The notes under the pieces are model-generated. The model had not been told where the DNA came from, made no database searches, and saw only the letters and a program-made list of their open reading frames with translations. A DNA stretch of 64,000 nucleotides. It comes from a bacterium. Its GTDB lineage: Bacteria > Armatimonadota > Zipacnadia > Zipacnadales > UBA11051. Shown one piece after another: positions 56,524-64,000 of the stretch (positions are counted from its first letter, which is position 1; each line of letters begins with the position of its first letter). A program made the position numbers and the translations under genes. The stretch is from assembly GCA_030604405.1 (NCBI GenBank), contig JAUVVY010000024.1, forward strand, positions 301 to 64,300, given 5' to 3'.

Positions 56524-58086
56524 TCAGTGCTCTTCCGATTCGCCGAAAACCTGGGCGGTGAAGACGTACAGCTCGGTGTTCGGGTCCTTGTAGGCGTCAC
56601 CCGCCAGGCCGGCCTTGTGGCTGCACAGATTCTCCAGCATCTGCTCGCGATTCCAGCCCTGCTCCGGAGCCACCTGCGGCAGATACACCCCGTTGCGACG
56701 GCCCCGCACCACCATTACCCCATGCTTGCCAACCTTGATGTCGGTGTAGCTGGCTACCGGCTCCATGGGTGAAAGCACGCTGATTTCGATGTGCAATTCC
56801 TTCAGCTCGTCGCGCGTCACCGGCGAGAAGCGATGGTCGCGAACCGCCGCCGAAACCGCTGCGTCGCGTACAGCCACTGCCAGCGCATGCCGGGCGATAA
56901 TCTGACCGATGCAGCCGCGCAGCTTGCCGTCCTTGGTAAGCGTGACGAACACCGCCCGCTGCTCGTGCATGGCCGGGTCCGAGGTTGCGATGTCCGGAAG
57001 CGTACCGGTGCCGAGGTGCGCCTTGATACTGCTGCGGGCCAGCTTGAGCAGGTACTGCTGCTGGGCCTTGTCTAGTTCGACGCTTGGGGCGGCGCCAGGT
57101 TCGCCGGAAGAGGTGGCAGCTTTCCGCGCGCCGACGAACACCACGGCCCCGTAGCCGACACAACGGCTCGCACTGCGTGGGTCGGCGTCGGCTGAGTTGG
57201 CATAGTGCAGCATATCGGCTCTGGTGGCTCCCAGCATCTTGGCCGCGCCCATCCCCGCCACCACCGGCCCCAGCCCGCAGGCGGTGCAGTGCAGATTCGG
57301 TATGTCACGGGCCAGCAGCTCCCTGTCAGCGGCATACACGGTATCCACATCAAGGCTGCAGATGGCGTCCAGAATCTCATGGTCAACTGTCTTGGCCTGC
57401 TCGGCAGTCGGAAAATGCGAAAGATCGGTGCTGACCACCAGCAGCGTCTTTTCATTAGCCACCGACGCAATCGCTTGCCCTAGCGGTTGGGTGTTGTGAG
57501 GGCCAAAATCGCTGAACACGATCGGGACGATGGAAAACTCCTCAAGCACCGTCTGCAGGAAGGGAAGCTGCGTCTCCAGGGAGTGCTCGCCGTCGTGGGC
57601 GGTATCACTCATCTTGAAGCGACTGCTCGCGGCCAGCAACTTTTCGTTCATCTCTTGGCTGACAGGGACCTTGCCCAGCGGCGTCTCCCAGAAATCGTGC
57701 GAACTCAGCGCCGCACCGCTCAGCGGCATGCCACGGTGCGACGGGCCGACGAGAATCACCGTATCGTAGCTGCGGTCTTTGAGAATGGCGTAGGAATAGC
57801 CCGCGACGGCTCCTGAGAATTCGTAGCCGGCATGTGGGGCGATGACGGCGATGATGTCATCGGTTATCTCGGGCACCTGCGCGGCAGCAAGGTAGCCATT
57901 GACATCTGCTGCAAGCCCTTCGGGATCGGCCCTGTAAAACTGGCCCGCTACACACGTAGCCCGCACCGAGGCGGTCTCGGCAGGCGCAGGCGGCTGGGCG
58001 GCGGCTTGCTGAGGTTCGAGGTTCCTGGAGCAGCCTAGAATGGCGATCAGCACCAGGCCGGGCAAATGCTGAGCGGCGCGTTTCAT
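56524..58086 (-). CDS. Memo1-like (AmrB) plus AMMECR1 (AmrA) fusion with lipoprotein-type leader
   Basis: Memo motifs PHAGY, GPSH, EHSLETQLPFLQ, STDLSH, ACG; AMMECR1 motifs FVTL..DGKLRGCIG, DHRF, LPQVA; leader MKR...LVLIAILGC. Confidence 0.92.
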   Translation of the reverse strand: MKRAAQHLPGLVLIAILGCSRNLEPQQAAAQPPAPAETASVRATCVAGQFYRADPEGLAADVNGYLAAAQVPEITDDIIAVIAPHAGYEFSGAVAGYSYAILKDRSYDTVILVGPSHRGMPLSGAALSSHDFWETPLGKVPVSQEMNEKLLAASSRFKMSDTAHDGEHSLETQLPFLQTVLEEFSIVPIVFSDFGPHNTQPLGQAIASVANEKTLLVVSTDLSHFPTAEQAKTVDHEILDAICSLDVDTVYAADRELLARDIPNLHCTACGLGPVVAGMGAAKMLGATRADMLHYANSADADPRSASRCVGYGAVVFVGARKAATSSGEPGAAPSVELDKAQQQYLLKLARSSIKAHLGTGTLPDIATSDPAMHEQRAVFVTLTKDGKLRGCIGQIIARHALAVAVRDAAVSAAVRDHRFSPVTRDELKELHIEISVLSPMEPVASYTDIKVGKHGVMVVRGRRNGVYLPQVAPEQGWNREQMLENLCSHKAGLAGDAYKDPNTELYVFTAQVFGESEEH

Positions 58087-58167
58087 CGCAATGTCCTCGT
58101 GAATTGTAATGTTTCCCGTGTGTATATCTTCGCCACGGCCCCGGCAATATCCTTGTCGCATCTGTCG

Positions 58168-59316
58168 CTAACGGCTCCATTTGCGGACGATGGTAATCAA
58201 TATCAGGCTCATTGTCAGCAGGCCGACTACGACTTCCAGGCCGGCCAATGTCTTGCTTATGCCAGTAGCCGGCTGCATGTCGCCATAGCCAAGGCCGGTA
58301 AAGGTCACGACGCTGAAATAGACTGCATTGAGGAAGTTAAACACCCCGCCAATAGTCGGCGCCCACGCCACACCAGGACCGATCTGCACGTTCGCCGCGG
58401 TGTCAGTGAATCCACACAAATAGGCCTGGATTGTGGCAAAGATAAGCACCAGTAGCACGGCGATTTCGACCAGCCACCACGGCCGCTCCCCGTAGCCAAA
58501 GGAACGGTACATAAGCCACCACGCCAGCCGTTGGTACCACGGCGCCTGGGGGTGGTTGGGGGTCGCTATTGACATCTGCGCCCGCTTGCACTCCATCTCG
58601 CGGATGAAGAATTCCCCTGCCATCTGGTAATCCCCGGATTCGTGATAGCTCTGCTTTATCTTGCGACATGCGGTCTCCCCGGTCCTGAATAGCGGCAGTG
58701 CCGCTTCCTGTTTGCCTTCTCTCCTGGCGGCACGGGCCTCGCGTTCTTCGCGAATCACTATACTGCCGTCGTCAGCCCACGTCACATGATCCAGCCTGCT
58801 CTGCGGATCGAGTTGAACGCCTGAGAGCCGTGCGTTGGAGAGGTTAGCGCGGCGCAGATCTACCTTGCCTTCCAGCCTGGCGTCTGTCAGGTCGGCATGT
58901 TGCAGGTCGGCAAAGCGTAGGTCAGCGTCTTGCAGGTTGGCGTCCGTCAGATCGGCGTTATGCAGATCGGCTCTGACCAGGAATGCGTTTTGCAGGTTGG
59001 CGTCCATCAGTTGGGCATTTCGCAGTTTAGCGCCAAATAGCCTGGCATCTTCCAGGTCCGCCTCCCACAAGAGTGCACCGCGGTCTGCCGCCCGCTCTAA
59101 CTTTCGCTGAAGCTCACTCGGATCGCGCTCGCCCTCGTAATGAAATATGCAGCGCGGCTCGGCCAGCTCAGTGCCAAGATGGCGGGGCAAGCCGCAGCGG
59201 GTAGCTCTTCCGAACTCGTACTGGCACCGCTCGCCATGGTCTGGCCCGCCTTCGGGCCACTCGTCTGCCGGCCATCGCGCTTCGTTGTTCAAATACTCGA
59301 TACTGTGATCTGACAT
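58168..59316 (-). CDS. Pentapeptide-repeat protein fused to a 2-TM potassium-channel-like domain
   Basis: (A-D/N-L-x-x)n repeats; GYGERPW; pore segment [14 protein letters not shown] flanked by TM helices. Confidence 0.85.
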   Translation of the reverse strand: MSDHSIEYLNNEARWPADEWPEGGPDHGERCQYEFGRATRCGLPRHLGTELAEPRCIFHYEGERDPSELQRKLERAADRGALLWEADLEDARLFGAKLRNAQLMDANLQNAFLVRADLHNADLTDANLQDADLRFADLQHADLTDARLEGKVDLRRANLSNARLSGVQLDPQSRLDHVTWADDGSIVIREEREARAARREGKQEAALPLFRTGETACRKIKQSYHESGDYQMAGEFFIREMECKRAQMSIATPNHPQAPWYQRLAWWLMYRSFGYGERPWWLVEIAVLLVLIFATIQAYLCGFTDTAANVQIGPGVAWAPTIGGVFNFLNAVYFSVVTFTGLGYGDMQPATGISKTLAGLEVVVGLLTMSLILITIVRKWSR

Positions 59317-59339
59317 AGCAGATTCTCCATCTCAATTCA

Positions 59340-60005
59340 TCACTGGCCGAGGTTGACCCGCATCCCGATGAACGCACCGAAGCGGCAGCGGGCCGGCTGC
59401 TTGATCACGAGCTGGCGGAGGCAAACCGCGCCGCTCCAGTAGATGTCGGCCTGCTTGGTATTTGCGGCTGTGGCCTGGCGGCATAGCCGAGCAAGCTCGC
59501 CGGGTGTGAAGAACCGGGCGTCGCTGTAGCTATTACGCTTTAACAGGCCGGTGAATTTCCGCCATCTGCCCAGGAGACTCTGCTTATTCAGCACTCCCAG
59601 GATGATGCTTTCGCGGGCTACGCGGGCCGCCTCGCTCAGGGCCTTGTCCGGGTCATCAACGAACTCCAGCGCAGTGACTATCAAGGCAATGTCGAAGCTG
59701 TTGTCGGCAAATTCCAGATTCTCAGCGGACATCTGCTGCACCGTGGCTTTGTCGCCGAGTTTGGCCCGAGCTGCCTGCAGCATGGCATCGGAGTTGTCTA
59801 TGGCCGTGACCTCGTAGCCCATTTCGACCAGCCATAGGGAGAAATGGCCGGTGCCGCAGCCGATGTCGAGGATGCTCTTGCCCTGCGCCTGGCCCAGTAG
59901 TTCCGCCAGCAGTTGCTTTTCGAGCCTGTCGGCCCAGCGCCCAAAGCGCGTCTGGTACCAGCGGTCGTAGCGTCTCGCAATCCCTTCGGGAGAGTCTTGT
60001 GTCAT
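59340..60005 (-). CDS. Class I SAM-dependent methyltransferase
   Basis: YDRWY, ILDIGCGTG and LEFADNSFD motifs. GAGGGG RBS. Confidence 0.92.
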   Translation of the reverse strand: MTQDSPEGIARRYDRWYQTRFGRWADRLEKQLLAELLGQAQGKSILDIGCGTGHFSLWLVEMGYEVTAIDNSDAMLQAARAKLGDKATVQQMSAENLEFADNSFDIALIVTALEFVDDPDKALSEAARVARESIILGVLNKQSLLGRWRKFTGLLKRNSYSDARFFTPGELARLCRQATAANTKQADIYWSGAVCLRQLVIKQPARCRFGAFIGMRVNLGQ

Positions 60006-60194
60006 GGTCCACCCCCTCTGGTCTGATGATTTGGGATCGCGCCTGCGCCCTCTGCAACCTACCACCCTCTGCTTCTACACTTGGGGTGCTCAGACCTGTC
60101 GCTCGCGGCGGAAATAGCCTTGCGGCAGGAATTTAGGTATAATGTACCGAAGCTGGGTTTGCTTTCAACCTGCGCATATAGAGGAAACAGCCGA

Positions 60195-61049
60195 ATGTTA
60201 GAACATGTCTTGATAGCGACTTCGCGCGCGGAGCTTAATGTTGACCTGCTTGTGGACCTGATTCGCAATATGCCGGTAGAGCAAGTGACACTGGTGCATT
60301 GCGTGGAATCAGTGCTGCCCTGGCCGCAGCGGGACAGGCGGCTAGTGCGTCGGGCCGAGGAGCAACTCGACCAGGAGGTGGGAGAGGCGCAAGAGCGCAC
60401 CGAGGTGCCGCTGGCGGCCGCTGTGCGGATCGGCATACCGGCCCAGCAGATACTGCAGGTCGCAAAGGACCGCAGCGCCGACACAATCATCATGAACGCC
60501 TTTGTCGGCATCCCCTGGCAGGAGTTTTTCCTCGGCAGCGTTTCGCTGGATATTATAAGACACGGCCCTACCAATATGCTGGTGCTGCACCCGCCGGCAG
60601 AAGACCAGGAGATGATCGGCGGACTGAAGCGACCGCTTCTGGAGCACATGCTGTTTCCCACCGACTTTTCGGACTTTGCGCTGTCTGCATTTGATGATTT
60701 CATCTCACTGGCCGACAAGGGAATGAAGCACGTCAGCCTGCTGCACGTGCAGGACGCCACCCGCCTCGAACCGCACCTGATGAACCGCCTGGCCGAGTTC
60801 GACGCTACTGATCGGGAGCGGTTGGAGGATATGGCCAAGCGGCTACGGCAGAATGGTGTGGAAGTTGACTTAAGAATTGAGTTGGGCGTTCCCGAGCAAA
60901 GCATCATCAGGGTAGCCAGCGAGCTGGAGGTGTCGTGCATCGCCATCGGCTCGCGCGGCCGCAGTCCCAACCAGGAGGAGCTATGGGGCAGCGTCTCCGA
61001 GCGCGTTGTGCGCAGAGCCGAGATGCCGGTGCTGATTATCAAGCAATAG
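60195..61049 (+). CDS. Universal stress protein (tandem USP domains)
   Basis: LGSVS, PTDFS and IGSRGRS...WGSVSERVVR..PVLI motifs. Confidence 0.92.
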   Translation: MLEHVLIATSRAELNVDLLVDLIRNMPVEQVTLVHCVESVLPWPQRDRRLVRRAEEQLDQEVGEAQERTEVPLAAAVRIGIPAQQILQVAKDRSADTIIMNAFVGIPWQEFFLGSVSLDIIRHGPTNMLVLHPPAEDQEMIGGLKRPLLEHMLFPTDFSDFALSAFDDFISLADKGMKHVSLLHVQDATRLEPHLMNRLAEFDATDRERLEDMAKRLRQNGVEVDLRIELGVPEQSIIRVASELEVSCIAIGSRGRSPNQEELWGSVSERVVRRAEMPVLIIKQ

Positions 61050-61128
61050 ATGATGGACCCCCTTTTTCCGTGAAACTCCCCGCTCGAATTGCGGCCGCTG
61101 ACATACCGAATCTCTCTGGAGTAAAGCC

Positions 61129-62688
61129 ATGAACCGGGGAAAAATCCTGCGCAGGTTGAGCCAGGTGGTATTCCTGGTCATTTTTGTGCTGCTGCTGCGC
61201 GCCGCGAAATGGCCCCTGCAAGACACAACTGCGGTGAGCCTGTTTCTGCGGGCCGATCCCCTGGCGGCACTGGTTACGGCTCTGGCACTGCCCCACTTCA
61301 CCAGCGCCGGCCAGCTCCTGTATCTGTTCGTCCCCGCGCTGGTCTTGCTGGTGCTGACAGCGCTGTTGGGGCGCTTCTTCTGCGGCTGGATATGCCCCCT
61401 GGGCACTTGCATTGACATCTTCCATACGGTGCTGGTGCGTCCGTTGAGGAAAAAGGACAGCCAGCGCGCCAACTGGCCGCAGTTGAAGTACTACATACTC
61501 GTCGCCATGCTCATCGCCGCGTTCTTCGGCACGCAGATCGCGTGGTTTCTCGACCCCATGCCGCTGATCACCCGCAGCTTCGCCACGGCGTTGCATCCGG
61601 CCCTGCTGAAGCTGCAGAACTGGCTGGTTGCGCATCCTGACGGGCCGCTTGCAGTACTGAGCTCGCGCCTGAGCCTCGAGGCAGTACGCGGCCGCAGCTT
61701 TGCGCTGGCCTGGCCGGTGGTGGGCTTTTTTGCCTTCGTGCTGGCACTGGGCTTCATCAGCCGGCGGTACTGGTGCCGCAACCTCTGCCCGCTGGGCGCT
61801 CTGCTGGCATTTGTGGGTCGGCATGGAATCTGGCGGCGGCATGTTACGGAGGCATGTGTGCGGTGCGAGCGCTGTATTAGCGACTGCAAGATGGGCGCTA
61901 TACCCGCCGACGAGCCGAGCCAGACGCGGACGCCGGAGTGTATCCTGTGTTACGACTGTGTCTCGTGCCCGCAGGTCGGGATCACTCGCATCAGCATATC
62001 GGTGGGCGGCGAGGGCATAGAGACCGGCACCGATGTGACGCGGCGGCGGCTCTTGGGAGCCGTGGGTGCGGGAGTGGTCTATGGCCTGTTAGCGCGCAGC
62101 CCACTGCCCGCTGCCCGCAAGGCCCGGGCGACACAGCACCAGTTCCTCATCAGGCCGCCCGGGGCCATCGTGCGCGACGAAAACGGCCAAATCGCCCGCA
62201 TGATGACCGAGAGCGAATTCCGCTCGCAGTGCCTGCGCTGCGGTGAGTGCATGAAGGCTTGCATCACCAACGTGATTCAGCCCGCCCTGCTCGAAAGCGG
62301 CCTTGACGGTCTCTATACGCCGGTCATCGTCGGGGCGGCCGGCTGGTGCGAGCAAACCTGCAATGTCTGCGGGCAGGTCTGCCCCAGCGGGGCCTTGCGG
62401 CCCTTCACACCAGAGGAAAAATATGGCATCCTGATCGCCGAGGCGCGCATTGACCAAACCAAGTGCCTCTCCTGGGGCAAAGGCGATGACTACCTCCTGT
62501 GCCTGGTGTGTGACGAGATGTGTTCGTATAATGCCATCACCGCCGAGGATACCGATGGCAGCGGGCAACTGCGCCCCGTAGTGCATCCGGATATCTGCGT
62601 CGGCTGCGGCATCTGCGAGTACAATTGCCCGGCCCAACCCGCAAGGGCGATTAGAATCTATCGCAGGGACGATCGGGATGCAACTTAG
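61129..62688 (+). CDS. Membrane polyferredoxin (NapH/MauN-like fused to NapG/MauM-like)
   Basis: GRFFCGWICPLG, YWCRNLCPLG, several CxxCxxCxxxC motifs, internal TRRRLLG and IRPPGA. Confidence 0.9.
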   Translation: MNRGKILRRLSQVVFLVIFVLLLRAAKWPLQDTTAVSLFLRADPLAALVTALALPHFTSAGQLLYLFVPALVLLVLTALLGRFFCGWICPLGTCIDIFHTVLVRPLRKKDSQRANWPQLKYYILVAMLIAAFFGTQIAWFLDPMPLITRSFATALHPALLKLQNWLVAHPDGPLAVLSSRLSLEAVRGRSFALAWPVVGFFAFVLALGFISRRYWCRNLCPLGALLAFVGRHGIWRRHVTEACVRCERCISDCKMGAIPADEPSQTRTPECILCYDCVSCPQVGITRISISVGGEGIETGTDVTRRRLLGAVGAGVVYGLLARSPLPAARKARATQHQFLIRPPGAIVRDENGQIARMMTESEFRSQCLRCGECMKACITNVIQPALLESGLDGLYTPVIVGAAGWCEQTCNVCGQVCPSGALRPFTPEEKYGILIAEARIDQTKCLSWGKGDDYLLCLVCDEMCSYNAITAEDTDGSGQLRPVVHPDICVGCGICEYNCPAQPARAIRIYRRDDRDAT

Positions 62689-63610
62689 TCCGCAGGAGCG
62701 CAGCCGGCGGCTCAAGGGCTACGCGGCGATAGTAGCGTCTTCGGTCTGCAGTGGCTCGATGTGGCCGGTGCAAAAGGACCTGATGACCGAGGTCTCCCCG
62801 CTGCAGGCCAACTGGCTGATGATTGTGCCGGCGCTTGCGATGATACTGGTGATCTACCCGTGGCGCCGCCGCGGCCAGCAGCTCATTCCTCAGGGCGCTC
62901 CCCTCGGCTGGCTGGCGCTCTTCGCCATTTTCGCCTCCGCCATCTTCTACACGCGCAACGTCGGCACCCATCTTACCAGCGCCACCACTGCCGCACTGGT
63001 CGTGCGCCTGGAGTTGGCGATTGTCTTCGTGCTGAGCTATCTGATACTCAACAGCCGCGTATCGGCGGCAGGATGGATTGGTACGCTCGTGCTGCTGGTC
63101 GGAGCGTTAAGCGCGATGGACATTTCCTTCAGTGAGCTCAGCTTTGCCGCGCTGGGCATGGCTGCTCTTCTGACGGCGGCCATGCTGACGGCCACGAACG
63201 CCATCATTATCAAGCTGAACTTCAACAGGATTTCCAGCGACCTGCCGACAGCGGCGAGCATCGTCTGCCAGACCGTAGTATTCTCCGCGATACTGCTGGC
63301 TACCGGCAGGATGGGAGAGACGGTCGCAGCACTGGCCTCCGCAAAGGTGGTTGTCGAGGCTGTGCTATTGGGGTTGCTACTGCTGTGGGCGCTGCTGTTC
63401 TACTACTATTCGATGAAGCGCATCCCGTTGTGGTCGTGTCGGATACTTTCGCTGATCGCGCCGGTTGTGGCGGTGCTGGGCGACCATTTCTGGCTCGGCT
63501 CGACCATCAGCAGCGGGCAGCTCGTCGGCCTATTCGCCGTCCTGGTCGGCGCTGGCCTGGTGATCATGTCCAGCCGGGATGATACCAGCGAGCGCGTGCC
63601 CCATAGATAA
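62678..63610 (+). CDS. DMT/EamA family transporter
   Basis: About ten TM helices in two repeats; overlaps the polyferredoxin stop. Confidence 0.85.
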   Translation: MQLSPQERSRRLKGYAAIVASSVCSGSMWPVQKDLMTEVSPLQANWLMIVPALAMILVIYPWRRRGQQLIPQGAPLGWLALFAIFASAIFYTRNVGTHLTSATTAALVVRLELAIVFVLSYLILNSRVSAAGWIGTLVLLVGALSAMDISFSELSFAALGMAALLTAAMLTATNAIIIKLNFNRISSDLPTAASIVCQTVVFSAILLATGRMGETVAALASAKVVVEAVLLGLLLLWALLFYYYSMKRIPLWSCRILSLIAPVVAVLGDHFWLGSTISSGQLVGLFAVLVGAGLVIMSSRDDTSERVPHR

Positions 63611-63614
63611 TCAT

Positions 63615-63668
63615 CACGTAGCTCAGCCATCCCCCAAAAAATCCCGTGGGTCGGGCTTCCAGCCCGAC
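63615..63668 (+). repeat. Truncated GTAG unit followed by a GTGG-REP
   Basis: CACGTAGCTCAGCCATCCCCCAAAAAATCCC-GTGG-GTCGGGCT-TCC-AGCCCGAC; same layout as 45836-45915. Confidence 0.75.
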
Positions 63669-63777
63669 TCCTTTGTCCGCCTTTGCTTCGTCGCAGTGTT
63701 ACGGGTACGGCCGTCTCAAAGCGGCCAATCTCTACCGTCTGACCTCATTGAACCAATCGTGCAAAGGAGTGTAAGCA

Positions 63778-64000
63778 ATGGCGCAAAAGATCGAGTGCCC
63801 TAAATGTGGGGCAGAAAACTACAGCACCGATAGCATTTGTTTGGAGTGTGGACAGTCGCTCATACAAGAGCGTGCTCCGGCGGCAAGAGACGCCCCTGAG
63901 CCCGTTCGGCCCGCCGAAGCAGAGCCCAAAGACGAACCTGAAGCCGGTAAGCAAGCCAAGGCCGGGATGCCCCTGCTTTGGCGCGTCTTGCTGGTATCAG
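63778..64000 (+). CDS. Zinc-ribbon protein, runs off the window end
   Basis: AAGGAG RBS; MAQKIECPKCGAENYSTDSICLECG then a Pro/Glu-rich linker and the start of a hydrophobic segment. Not in the ORF track because it has no stop in the window. Confidence 0.75.
   Translation, partial: MAQKIECPKCGAENYSTDSICLECGQSLIQERAPAARDAPEPVRPAEAEPKDEPEAGKQAKAGMPLLWRVLLVS

Overview
GC-rich bacterial chromosomal window made mostly of housekeeping and carbohydrate genes: proBA, argCJBD, rsmA-ispE-tRNA-Gln-rplY-pth, tmk-holB, nth, dgoD, an L-rhamnose isomerase, three UroD-family proteins, and several glycoside hydrolases and glycosyltransferases. The 'GFTLxEL...AVLAAILFPVFA.AR..AR' prepilins and the UroD/GH load suggest Armatimonadota or a similar lineage (inference only). 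Main points of interest: (1) an AmmeMemoRadiSam locus in which the radical SAM enzyme has a twin-arginine leader and the Memo-AMMECR1 fusion has a lipoprotein leader, near a polyferredoxin with an internal twin-arginine motif and an EamA transporter, a candidate extracytoplasmic radical-SAM module; (2) an AT-richer DUF262 + HEPN two-gene cassette, a candidate defence system; (3) two tandem prepilin-FecR fusion genes sharing an 11-bp-periodic upstream motif; (4) many small palindromic intergenic elements that covary, swap hairpins and nest inside one another; (5) two duplicated gene 3' ends (proA, a GT2 gene). I found no CRISPR array, transposase, integrase, reverse transcriptase or rRNA. All calls are from motif recognition by eye; several start codons were moved from the ORF track using RBS and homology reasoning.
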